Translations under genes and position numbers: made by a program
Notes under the pieces: generated by a model
What the model was told of the DNA's origin: nothing
The model's input: only the letters and a program-made list of their open reading frames with translations
The model's database searches: none
Shown: positions 42,001-51,404 of the stretch, piece after piece
Layout: every line of letters begins with the position of its first letter
Numbering within the stretch: position 1 is the first letter of the stretch
Virus record (IMG/VR): IMGVR_UViG_3300033463_000005
Location: 32,001-96,000 of that record
From: a virus
Taxonomy: Duplodnaviria; Caudoviricetes
DNA length: 64,000 nucleotides
Reading direction: 5' to 3' (one strand)

Positions 42001-42575
42001 CCATCACAGGTACAACCTACACAATTAATTTCTACAACAATCCACGAAAAATGTATGTAAATAATTTCCGCATTAATGCAACAATGACAAACCGTGGAAA
42101 TTTAATTGAAACACCAGAACGTGTGCCAGATGCAAATGGTTTGGTATGGTGTAATGGATCATATTGGAATGCATACTATTATAGTTCTAGGTATTATCTG
42201 AGAAAAGATTTGCTTTCAAAATGTATATGTCCCGATAAAATCATCAAGATCCAAGCAGGATCATCTATCACAGTATCATGGCAGCTTAAGAGTAATGTCA
42301 CCACACTTGCAGGAACAACACCGGCAATTCAGTATCAATCTGTGTTCTTTGATTGGACGACAGCCATGGATGATCCAGCATCTCATTATGTTAGCGACTT
42401 AATGATCACAAATTATACGAGTCAAACGAATAAATCTAGTGGCACAACAATTACAGCACCAGCATCATCAACAGGATATGTTGGATTTGCTTTATATCTA
42501 CAAACAACATCAGAATGTGTATTGTCATATGGATTGTTCGATTCTATCACAGTCACAATTACACCACCAGCATAA
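39066..42575 (+). CDS. Tail fibre/baseplate-associated protein (paralog B)
   Basis: Paralog of the 35898 protein with an extra C-terminal beta domain. Confidence 0.7.
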   Translation: MYENTQSNMLPEELSQFIHTINQKHEKNEMSADLRNIFMFQTEDMDGNITDTKFAMNLMTDVGTISTTSIGGQFRLCYAENYVPAYDKAYIQSTGDDTGWLDMSNAYTYYPMTFDSETGMISQRYRDFSYTWDYNISGWTADKTFNIIALRWLSETFNSIGAIANIVDSHGDPSTITKKLNERLTVYSFRSTSMHESVITRAWNDGVYLAITPNNCVISYNHRDYPLRGINFQLQNGITDQSTYYYNNGSGDNYKTPTNYHRFYYPISCYDNHTPYPINSNLHSNYEINLSDNLTIEDHRLFWSQASWYNNGDIDENMSAFYFIHMNTADEITTNNRLNLVYTDSDTTGTIGNAFGKYAVDTTYQRGVVPVTDFNMTDSKMFNYQTKSWDIQDTFVNKPDAWYDETLIGWCKSLWITDPDNISEYYYVYINARPDIPITKLNYDSRAKVYLADKYWDTSTWTRIVSGTIPAELQSKKYYITNNYGYTPYPVTRQQDVHSITPSHARYKIASTPEFPQNTSNTDWIRVKPIASDTYKFILSYKHLMFIDNGACDASFELVGDSDNREIDAYQFRYLFGSNLLVAPQQNPHLAQNNDCGGIPYNVRVYDVSNYGVQPTYTDLTIPTDVCDQLKKGYYSKSENGYIGMWESGNNKAALIDMNQFAIDPTTCVKQFDDVLYFHVQEFTNYAIYFVAGSSPARLVVYDLSTDSVLQTCDYNGEYGNQIWGIIGASDYVYIRIYSTTDSEWRTLLYRISTNSYEWMLNNDLYFRQKYNETIYDNNNDKLRHDVTALSIVYHQDGFVLTHDTLYNNSSGGYPGGTNSEIQYVTFDTPTTVRKLFYSSQTYVPGRNTSPGNTSAGGGPESWYFYNENGTFVSGAQIVETPAHQLLLVGIFGAYREYYTYMTSCYRRICCADLGYAFANKYTLNQCYNHFHKYDSKLQPGDTSYNRSGGACYFDNGIVYIDDGGDCYWNPLEYMLPHAITGTTYTINFYNNPRKMYVNNFRINATMTNRGNLIETPERVPDANGLVWCNGSYWNAYYYSSRYYLRKDLLSKCICPDKIIKIQAGSSITVSWQLKSNVTTLAGTTPAIQYQSVFFDWTTAMDDPASHYVSDLMITNYTSQTNKSSGTTITAPASSTGYVGFALYLQTTSECVLSYGLFDSITVTITPPA

Positions 42576-42589
42576 AAACAATGAAATGA

Positions 42590-42616
42590 TATGTGGGGGC
42601 AAATGCCCCCACATAT
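42590..42616. terminator. Bidirectional hairpin terminator
   Basis: ATGTGGGGGC-AAAT-GCCCCCACAT between convergent genes. Confidence 0.75.
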
Positions 42617-42625
42617 TCATATTCA

Positions 42626-45600
42626 TCATAATACATTCAATACAATGTTTTCATCCGATAAAACAAACATTTCCGGAACAAACCGTTCCAATTCATCCGT
42701 TGGCATAGATCCCAATGTATCCCATTTCTGAACAATTGCTTGATAATCCGCATTCATATAATTGCCATTTTTCAAGTCTTTTTCATTTGTATAGAAACCT
42801 TTGTATTTCAGATATGCAACGTTTGGATGTTCCTCTAACAATTGAATCAACTGTGAAATGTAGATATTATTGTCCATTGAAACCATGTCTACTGGCGTGT
42901 GGATATTCGTTAATCGATTGAAATATGATTTCACGATACCACGAAGTTCATTCAATGTATTCGTTTCTAATGCAGGATTAAACAGTTTCACATCGAATTG
43001 AATCTGAACATCCAGATTTGGCCAGAATTTATCAATCGGAAGATCCTTATCAATATCAGCGCAATAGGAATGTGGTAATCCATACGTTGCAATCAATTTG
43101 CAGTCCAGATAATTGTTTCCTTCCAACCGTGTAAAGATGACTGGTTCGATTGCTTTATGAACTTGCGTGAATGAGGACACAAATGAATCAAACCGCTCGG
43201 ATGTCATGAGTGTAGATTGAACAAACGGAACCAGTTGGATTTCAACATCACTATTGACAGAAGTATTTGCAAAGATCTCATCAACGAATCCTGGATATGC
43301 AGATGTTTGAGTTAATACCGGAATCCAATCAACATCACTCTGATATTGTGTTGAGTAGATTGTTTGCAATGTATCCAATAATTCATGAATCAAACCGGTA
43401 TCGATTGTTGGGATATCAGGATTCAATGCATAACGTGCGATGATTTGTTGCAATTCCGCATACATATATGAAGCACATAACTTGATATCATCATATGATA
43501 TTTCAGATTCATCGGTTGTGCCATTGACAATGTGATATGCAAACTGTTGAATTGTATACAGATTATTGACTTCCGGATTATATTCATACAAATTCATCAA
43601 TGCATCATATGCTTGAATTTGATCATGTTGTGGTTCAATGTATTCTCCGAAATGTGTCACACTACGCATTTCTTTTAATTCCTGCACCAATGTGATATCA
43701 TTCAGATTCCAAGCATCTGTCAAACGATATCCGATGTAATCATCATTACCCTCAATATCAGAAGGACGCGTCGTATCTTGTGAACGATACAAGAACGACA
43801 CTCTGAATTCTGGGTTTGATGCATCCACGGAGACAGAACCACCAGAAACAGAAGGAATCCATGATCCACCACCATGATCCAGTGATGCAATTTGAATCCG
43901 ATTATCGACATCCACAAGTTTGTTCAACGGATACATCAAAGTATCAAACATGACACTTCCATCGCTTTGAATGCTGACCGGTTGCATTTCAATCATACCG
44001 GTTTGAACACCATTCAAGCTTGCAGTCAATACAACACGCAAATCGTTTTGATACAATGGCAGTTGTTCATTCATCATATAAAACAACGCAACATCCTTTT
44101 GAATCAAAGAGAGCGGAATGCGATAATATGCAATTGCAGATTCCGATGCGGTTGGTTTCATGTCGGCATATAGCAGCACACCACCCGGGTTGACTTGAAT
44201 CAGCTCAAAGGTATATGTGTGATCCCCATTGTCAATTGGCGTATATGGAATATATACGTTTGCAGCATTCTGAATCTGATATGTTGCACGCGTTCCATCT
44301 TCATATAGAATATTGATTGCAACAGAAGGAGCATAACTTTGACCAATTCTGTACAGCTTCGTTTCACCAAATTTTGTCAATGATGTTTCATACACATCAC
44401 CAGTTGTAATCGAAACAACACGCTTTCCAACATCAATTACTTCTTTCAGCATCAATCGATAATAGTTCTGTGATGTAACACGCGTGAACTCGATTGGATC
44501 AATTGCTTCCGGTACAGGATACATGTTGATGTCCGTGTTTCCAGAAACTTTTACTTCGTATCCGTTCCATAAACCATTGTCTCCCCAGATGTCATCTGTT
44601 CCATAGAAACTGTTCATTCCTGTGATTGGTAACGGGATTGTCTTTTGATTTGCAGAAGAATTATCTTCAATCCACAAATCATTCAACACCCATCGATTAT
44701 CTTCTGTGCGATTTTTAGTTCTAACACAGAAATATGTGTGTTCGGGATTAAACACCAGATACTGGTCATCCGGTTGTAATACCAATACTGGAATTCGAAC
44801 AGAATACAAATCCACTGGTTTTGCAAAATAATTCCACATTGCCTCTGGGAACGTTGGAGGTGTTACCTTTGAACGTGTGTATGAAACGAAGTTATCGCCA
44901 TTGATTGCGGTTGCAGTTGTCGGAGATACCAGAATGGATAACCGGTAGAAATCTTCCTGATAAGTGCGGCGAATATTGATTGCAGTTGGTGTCGCATGAT
45001 ACAGAATGCTGATATCATTTGAATCAGTTGCGTTCTGGTAAATCGTGTTCGATGGAACAATCGATGCAGTCGCAGATTGATTCACCCATGGATTGAAATA
45101 TCCAATTGCAAACGGGGATTTTTGAATGCGAATACCGAATGGATTTGCAAACACAAAATCCGAATTTACATTCACAGCGCTCTTTGCCGTCTCAACCTGA
45201 TCACCATCATTCATGACCAATGGTTTCACAGTATATCGATTCACCGATGGGTTCTGATAAATCCAAGCCCATCCTGGTGGAATGATAATCTCATTATCGG
45301 AAATCAGATTGTCATTATTATTGTACAGAATCCGATATGGGATTTTTGCATGAAGTGTATTCGTGCGGAATACAGTATCGTCCGTATCTTTTAATGCAAA
45401 GAATCCACTCCAGATACGGCCCCACGGATCATCGCGGCGTTTGAAGAAGAACGGGTACAGAATATTCTTGAAGAAGAATGTTTTAAAGTATTCCTCAATG
45501 TCATGATCCGATGAAATCACATTCGCGGTATTGTACGCTTGGATTGTTTCGCGACGTGTTGTTTCAATTGTTCCAATGTTGGTTCCACCCATGCTACCAG

Positions 45601-46636
45601 ACCTCGCAAATGCGGCTTTTGTCACATTTCCATTGTTGGAGTATCGATTGGATGTTGAAATAACAGATGGTTGTTCATCCGGTTTAAACGCAGTAAAGTT
45701 TGCCGCTTCGCCATGACAAACATAAACCGTTATTTCATATGATGAATTCAATGACGGAACAAAATACCGATTACCATTCAATTGGAACATAAAGCGAATC
45801 GTCTGTGGGGAATCCATGATATAATGAATGTACGGTTCCTGATCTTTGACATCGGTATGAATTGGAAGAATGTGGTCTCTCGACAAATATTGTTCATTGC
45901 CATTTCCATCAATGTATTTAACATCAAAACCAGCAATGTGATTCTGGCATGTGATGAGTTGATCCGCATTCGGAATCCCATTTGTCATATTATTCACAAA
46001 GATATGTGTTTCTCGTTCATACTCGGAAATCTTCAGGAATAAACACAGCCATGCTTCTGATACACGATATAGAATATATGGATTCTTATTAACCGCACAG
46101 ATATTCTCTTCCTCCATATTGGTATAACGAACATTCCATGCAGGTGTTGGTGTTGATGTGATTGTTGATGTCTCGACATTCTGATATTGGATCAACACAT
46201 CGTAATCCAATGAATATACAGAACCATTTTTCAGATTAAATTTCGTATTCTTATCCAGAATGAATTCATATAACCCGGTATCAGAATTATACGTTGCATT
46301 CTTTTGGATATCTTCAATTCGCAATTCCAGTAGCATATTACATACAGATGGATGTGCAAATGAATATCCAATATTAAAGATTGCAGCTTCTGAATAAATC
46401 GAATCTGCCAAAACCGCTTTTGTGATGAAAGATTCATTCTCATAGAATGCGGATGTAAATGCAAGATTCTCAGTTGCTTGGGATATGTATTCATTAATAA
46501 TAGAATACTGACCCGTGTTTAGTACGTTCAACGGGATATCGTGAAAAACACGTGGCATCAATACATCATGAATGTATCGTTTAATCTGTGCGTCATCTGA
46601 ATAATTATTCAGAATCACAGTATCATTGACTGCCAT
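42626..46636 (-). CDS. Baseplate wedge protein (T4 gp6-like)
   Basis: ESFITKA...SIYSEA, CHGEAANF, GGTNIGTIETTR...VISSDHDIEEYF, C-terminal IYISQLIQLLE. AACG-N6-TA promoter at 46730-46719. Confidence 0.75.
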   Translation of the reverse strand: MAVNDTVILNNYSDDAQIKRYIHDVLMPRVFHDIPLNVLNTGQYSIINEYISQATENLAFTSAFYENESFITKAVLADSIYSEAAIFNIGYSFAHPSVCNMLLELRIEDIQKNATYNSDTGLYEFILDKNTKFNLKNGSVYSLDYDVLIQYQNVETSTITSTPTPAWNVRYTNMEEENICAVNKNPYILYRVSEAWLCLFLKISEYERETHIFVNNMTNGIPNADQLITCQNHIAGFDVKYIDGNGNEQYLSRDHILPIHTDVKDQEPYIHYIMDSPQTIRFMFQLNGNRYFVPSLNSSYEITVYVCHGEAANFTAFKPDEQPSVISTSNRYSNNGNVTKAAFARSGSMGGTNIGTIETTRRETIQAYNTANVISSDHDIEEYFKTFFFKNILYPFFFKRRDDPWGRIWSGFFALKDTDDTVFRTNTLHAKIPYRILYNNNDNLISDNEIIIPPGWAWIYQNPSVNRYTVKPLVMNDGDQVETAKSAVNVNSDFVFANPFGIRIQKSPFAIGYFNPWVNQSATASIVPSNTIYQNATDSNDISILYHATPTAINIRRTYQEDFYRLSILVSPTTATAINGDNFVSYTRSKVTPPTFPEAMWNYFAKPVDLYSVRIPVLVLQPDDQYLVFNPEHTYFCVRTKNRTEDNRWVLNDLWIEDNSSANQKTIPLPITGMNSFYGTDDIWGDNGLWNGYEVKVSGNTDINMYPVPEAIDPIEFTRVTSQNYYRLMLKEVIDVGKRVVSITTGDVYETSLTKFGETKLYRIGQSYAPSVAINILYEDGTRATYQIQNAANVYIPYTPIDNGDHTYTFELIQVNPGGVLLYADMKPTASESAIAYYRIPLSLIQKDVALFYMMNEQLPLYQNDLRVVLTASLNGVQTGMIEMQPVSIQSDGSVMFDTLMYPLNKLVDVDNRIQIASLDHGGGSWIPSVSGGSVSVDASNPEFRVSFLYRSQDTTRPSDIEGNDDYIGYRLTDAWNLNDITLVQELKEMRSVTHFGEYIEPQHDQIQAYDALMNLYEYNPEVNNLYTIQQFAYHIVNGTTDESEISYDDIKLCASYMYAELQQIIARYALNPDIPTIDTGLIHELLDTLQTIYSTQYQSDVDWIPVLTQTSAYPGFVDEIFANTSVNSDVEIQLVPFVQSTLMTSERFDSFVSSFTQVHKAIEPVIFTRLEGNNYLDCKLIATYGLPHSYCADIDKDLPIDKFWPNLDVQIQFDVKLFNPALETNTLNELRGIVKSYFNRLTNIHTPVDMVSMDNNIYISQLIQLLEEHPNVAYLKYKGFYTNEKDLKNGNYMNADYQAIVQKWDTLGSMPTDELERFVPEMFVLSDENIVLNVL

Positions 46637-46782
46637 ATGCGATAACCTCCTTATTCAAATAGACTATTGGAAAACCCAAATGTAATGTTCACACCAATAT
46701 ATTAGGTGTTGAATCATTTACATCAACGTTTTTGCGATTGATGCATACTATTAATATATTAAAAGAAAGGAGTGTCTTCTGT

Positions 46783-49428
46783 ATGGGAATGGACAATGTT
46801 CAATTGAAGCAAGAAGATATCCTGAATGACAATGTTGTTCTATCCGATATCAATCCGATTACGAACACAAATTCTGTTGACGATTCTGCTTCTGGGGAAA
46901 AATTGAACGAGACATTATCCAGATTATGGAATGCCATCAATAACAAATTGACACGTATTGTGAATTCTGTGAATGGTAGAACTGGTGTCGTTGTGTTATC
47001 TCCAGAAGATGTTGGTTTGGGTGATGTTGATAATGTGTCATTTGCCGAAATCAAACAATGGGTGATTGATCAAATCAAAAATGAATTTGTGAACCGTTCT
47101 CTGAAATTGTACGAGTCGTTGGCTGACGTTGATGAAGTATGTTTGACCAACGACCAATCGTATATCGGTGCACCATTCTTCTGCGATATCACAAATGCAA
47201 ATGATCGTCGGTCATGTATCGGATGTTATATTTGGGATACGGGTTCTTCATCATTAGGTTATATCCAGCATCCGATCAATACAGTCGGATATGCAGATAA
47301 CAGTATCATTTACAATGAAGAAGTAAATAATACTGATTTACGTGGTGGAGGAATCGGTGTTAACATTCACCCTGATGAAGAGGCTTTGCAATTATTCAAT
47401 GGACCGTCGAAAGCAGATTCTGGTTTACGAATTGATGGTTCGAAAATAACTGGAAAGATTTATTTCTTCAATTGTTTGTATGGTGTTCCGACAACCGCAT
47501 CCGATGATAATCCAACACATCCATCATCTGGAAGAAACCCCGCACCACCAAAAACCGATTCCATGTTGTTGTCATGTCAAGATGAATCCAATGGTGCTGC
47601 AGTTCATATTTATCTGAATGGAACTGAAATCACGGATCCTCGTGGCATCTATTTGGATCGTACATCAAACGTGCGTTTGAAACCGGGTGATGTGATTGTT
47701 ACTAATTTCGGATGGTATGGTTTTATTGATGCTGCGTTACCGTTGCATGTGCCATATTACAATGCTTCAACAAATCTGATGGCACGTCAACCTGCAATTG
47801 GTTATGTTGAAACCGTTCCAAATGATTTCATGGTTGATGCACCGTATGTCATCCGATTCACGACAATTAAACCGACAGTCGGTTTTGGTATTCGTTACAG
47901 ACAAACCCATGTTCTCGATGACACGTTGCGTGATAATATCATAATACCAGATATCAATGTATTTAATATATCCGGTATGAATGCGACTGATAAAGATACA
48001 CCGAATGTTTTCCATACGGATCTTGAAGAAGGAAATGACATGATGCTATATACACAAACACCATGGAGTCCTATGGAAATGCATGGTCTTGGTATCACAT
48101 CAGATGTATCCATTTCATCATATCAGTTAAATGATCTGGCACCATCAGGTCTTCAATATGTTGGTGAAGATGGTGTTGTTCGATATAAAGGATCCAATTG
48201 TTGCAAAAATTATGCGTATGATCCAGAAAAGAAATTCACCCAAAATCTATGTACATATCGCAGTACTGCAGATTCGTTCGATGCCGGTATTGTAGCACCG
48301 GAATCAAGATTGTCTGTTAATTTAAACAGAGCAATCAAACGTGAAACCCAAACACGAGATTCTGTTTATTTCTACAATCTATCTGGTTTAAAATTTGCGG
48401 AATATGATCCGGATTCGCGTGATCAACATAGCGAAAAATCCATTGAAGATATTCTCCCGAAGCTTGGTATGTATGACGGTTTGACCACTGATGGTCTAAT
48501 GCCGGATTATATTCCATACAGCGGTGAATCTGGTGGTCTTCAAATCAATATCGGTAAATTCTTGGAGATATGTCCAAAACGAACAGTAAACGCTGTTGAC
48601 TACGATAAAGGTGGTAAACTTCAGGTTCGTATTGGTCGAGGTCTAAAAGAAGAAATATCATACGAATTGGTCGAGAATGAGCCGGATGATTGGTATGAGA
48701 ATATCGATTCATATGTGACAACTGAGACAGACGATTATCCAAATATCGACATACATCCAGAATTGATTATTCCGATTCCGGAAATATTTGAATTAACACA
48801 GGCAGAACCTGATAACTGGCGAGATTTGTATCAGAGTTATTACGATGATCAATACGAGCACATTCCTGAAGGTCCTGTATATTACAGATTAAATGATGGA
48901 TTGACAGCGCCATCATGGTATGCAGAACCATACTATGAACGTGTTTGGGATGAAACAATCCAAGAATACAGATACGAACGGGTTGACTATAAACCCGATA
49001 ACTGGAATGTCACAAGTCCGGATGTTCCGAATACATACAAATCATATTATGTAAAACGAACCCAGGCACCGACATGGGAGCCGAATAAATACTATCTCCG
49101 GCGTCATCAAACATTTGCAGAAGTTGTTGCTTCAGATAGAGATGTGTTTAAAATTGTATCAACGAATCGAATCGTTGTTGATGAATCAAAATTAACATTA
49201 CAAACATATTTTGCAGAATATTCATATAAACAAAAACAGATATTATATAGCGAAGGAAAAGTGTATCTGGTTGTACAAGATTTCACAGCAACGACGTTGG
49301 TGGATGATATTACATCTGGATATCTTATCGATATCTCTGGTGGCAGCGAAATCGCCACTGCATTGACACAACTCACAGAACGTGTGGGATTGTTGGAACA
49401 ACGCATTGCGGCGTTGGAACAGCATTAA
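46783..49428 (+). CDS. Virion/tail-fibre-like protein
   Basis: VNSVNGRTGVVVLSPEDVGLGDVDN fibre motif; P-D-x-W repeats; C-terminal coiled coil. Start placed after GAAAGGAG. Confidence 0.7.
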   Translation: MGMDNVQLKQEDILNDNVVLSDINPITNTNSVDDSASGEKLNETLSRLWNAINNKLTRIVNSVNGRTGVVVLSPEDVGLGDVDNVSFAEIKQWVIDQIKNEFVNRSLKLYESLADVDEVCLTNDQSYIGAPFFCDITNANDRRSCIGCYIWDTGSSSLGYIQHPINTVGYADNSIIYNEEVNNTDLRGGGIGVNIHPDEEALQLFNGPSKADSGLRIDGSKITGKIYFFNCLYGVPTTASDDNPTHPSSGRNPAPPKTDSMLLSCQDESNGAAVHIYLNGTEITDPRGIYLDRTSNVRLKPGDVIVTNFGWYGFIDAALPLHVPYYNASTNLMARQPAIGYVETVPNDFMVDAPYVIRFTTIKPTVGFGIRYRQTHVLDDTLRDNIIIPDINVFNISGMNATDKDTPNVFHTDLEEGNDMMLYTQTPWSPMEMHGLGITSDVSISSYQLNDLAPSGLQYVGEDGVVRYKGSNCCKNYAYDPEKKFTQNLCTYRSTADSFDAGIVAPESRLSVNLNRAIKRETQTRDSVYFYNLSGLKFAEYDPDSRDQHSEKSIEDILPKLGMYDGLTTDGLMPDYIPYSGESGGLQINIGKFLEICPKRTVNAVDYDKGGKLQVRIGRGLKEEISYELVENEPDDWYENIDSYVTTETDDYPNIDIHPELIIPIPEIFELTQAEPDNWRDLYQSYYDDQYEHIPEGPVYYRLNDGLTAPSWYAEPYYERVWDETIQEYRYERVDYKPDNWNVTSPDVPNTYKSYYVKRTQAPTWEPNKYYLRRHQTFAEVVASDRDVFKIVSTNRIVVDESKLTLQTYFAEYSYKQKQILYSEGKVYLVVQDFTATTLVDDITSGYLIDISGGSEIATALTQLTERVGLLEQRIAALEQH

Positions 49429-49443
49429 TCATATAAGAAAGGA

Positions 49444-50730
49444 ATGATACATTTGAAACAATCCATTGATATGGGTGATAAGCTTGCATTCAAGGATCAG
49501 CAGACCAGTGCAAAGAAACAAGGTCTCCGTGGTCATGTTTCTGTATATCGCAGAAACAAGACTACTGGAGAAACTGCACTCTGGTATGAATCGGATAACA
49601 TTATTCCGATTTCCGGTATGCAATGGACACTCATGAAAATGTTTGGTTTGTATCTGGATGCTCCACATGGAGTATCCTATGAGGTATTGAATAAAGATAC
49701 AAATCTCGTGATTCCGGAATTGAACCAAGATGCAATTCTTGGAATCGGTGTGGATCCAACGATGTATACAGTGATGAATGAAAACATATCATCATCTCAT
49801 ATCGTACAGGGATTCATGGTTGGTAATGGTGGATCCGGTGAAGACCAGATGACAACAAAGAATACAGATTATTCTTTTATTAATCTGCGAAACCCGATTC
49901 CATTCCGTCAAACAAATCAACCATTGACTGATGGGAAATACCTCGGTAAGATTCGTGTAGGTACACATGCCTACACGAATTCTTATTACATCAAAACGTT
50001 TGAACAAACTCCGCACATTTATCATAGTTGGTGGAGAGATGGTCAACGTTGGGATGAGGTAGATCCTGTTACACAAGATGACCTTGGTCCAAATGCAACA
50101 AATGGTGTTGGTAAAACAAATCGAATCGAATCTTATGTTGAATGCAAACTGGTTCTGGATGAGAGTGATTGTATTGAGTATTTCTCCAGAGAAGGAAATA
50201 CACAAACACCCGCAATCAATGAACTTGGTTTGGTTGCATATGATGCAACAATCAATGAGACACGTTCAACGATGATTTCGATTTATGATTCTTATATCAA
50301 ACCAATCTTCGATATGATCGGTGCTTATTATATTACGGATGACACCGAAGAATTGAAGACACTTGCATTGGAAGCTGTCGCTGCATTGAATGATATCATC
50401 ACAGAACATTCACAATCCAATATCAATGAGCTGTTTGCAACATTGCAAGAAATTGCAACTGCAGAAACCATTGACAAAACCGCGCTTGGAAATCAACTTG
50501 CACAAGACGCAAATATTGGATTGCAATGTTGGTATACACGTGATGGTGATACTGTCAAATATGAATATGAGGTTGATAAATACTTGACCTATATTCAGGA
50601 TGACGCGTTCAATGATGATACCGAAGTGGATGCACAACGAATCAAATTGATCACATATTACACGTTCCCATCCATCACAATTCAAGAGAATTGGGAAACA
50701 CTGATCAATTATCGCATCTATGCAAATTAA
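49444..50730 (+). CDS. Probable baseplate/tail-collar structural protein
   Basis: LRGHVSVY...DNIIPISG...FMVGNGG...INELGL...INYRIY, an architecture typical of fibre-attachment proteins. Confidence 0.55.
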   Translation: MIHLKQSIDMGDKLAFKDQQTSAKKQGLRGHVSVYRRNKTTGETALWYESDNIIPISGMQWTLMKMFGLYLDAPHGVSYEVLNKDTNLVIPELNQDAILGIGVDPTMYTVMNENISSSHIVQGFMVGNGGSGEDQMTTKNTDYSFINLRNPIPFRQTNQPLTDGKYLGKIRVGTHAYTNSYYIKTFEQTPHIYHSWWRDGQRWDEVDPVTQDDLGPNATNGVGKTNRIESYVECKLVLDESDCIEYFSREGNTQTPAINELGLVAYDATINETRSTMISIYDSYIKPIFDMIGAYYITDDTEELKTLALEAVAALNDIITEHSQSNINELFATLQEIATAETIDKTALGNQLAQDANIGLQCWYTRDGDTVKYEYEVDKYLTYIQDDAFNDDTEVDAQRIKLITYYTFPSITIQENWETLINYRIYAN

Positions 50731-50752
50731 TGTATGAAAGGGTGAATACGAG

Positions 50753-51334
50753 ATGGAAGATATCACACAGAAGAATGTTGACGAGTTGATGCATAACGCT
50801 CCACCTCGTGTTCTGGATCGAATTGCTGCATCGATGAATGTATACAAATCGATTCGATGGAAACATGTGTCATTTGTTGTTCCAACAGATCCGGTTCCGT
50901 CTCATCGACCACGCTTATGTGGGTATCGAATATATGTTCCCGGTGCAGCAAAAAACCAGGCATTTTTCAATAAACATGTATTACCAACTTTGGGTAAATT
51001 ATTTATAACAACACCATGCATTATAAAATCTGACATATACATCAGAACACCAAAATCATTTACTGCGGTTCAGAAAGTTCTTGCGGAAATGAAAATTCTC
51101 CGTCCATGGGGAAATGTTGGAGATGTTGACAATTTTGCAAAATCAATATATGATTTCATGCAACCGAACGAAAAACGTGGACATGTTGGTATTATGGAGA
51201 ATGACTGTCTCATTATAAGTTCAACTGAAAACAAATACTATTCAAATGAACCGAGAACGGAAATAAGCATATCATATATGAACACTTCAAACCTTCCGGA
51301 TGAATTTCTAAAGCTTTTAAGAATAAAAAAATAG
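50753..51334 (+). CDS. rusA: RusA-like Holliday junction resolvase
   Basis: PVPSHRPR, GDVDNFAKSIYD, ENDCLI, KYYSNEPRTEI. Confidence 0.8.
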   Translation: MEDITQKNVDELMHNAPPRVLDRIAASMNVYKSIRWKHVSFVVPTDPVPSHRPRLCGYRIYVPGAAKNQAFFNKHVLPTLGKLFITTPCIIKSDIYIRTPKSFTAVQKVLAEMKILRPWGNVGDVDNFAKSIYDFMQPNEKRGHVGIMENDCLIISSTENKYYSNEPRTEISISYMNTSNLPDEFLKLLRIKK

Positions 51335-51404
51335 AGCCCATATGATCATATGGGCTCTTGTATTTTCTCTTTAAATATTTTAAATCATAAGGAGCGTGAT
51401 TATT

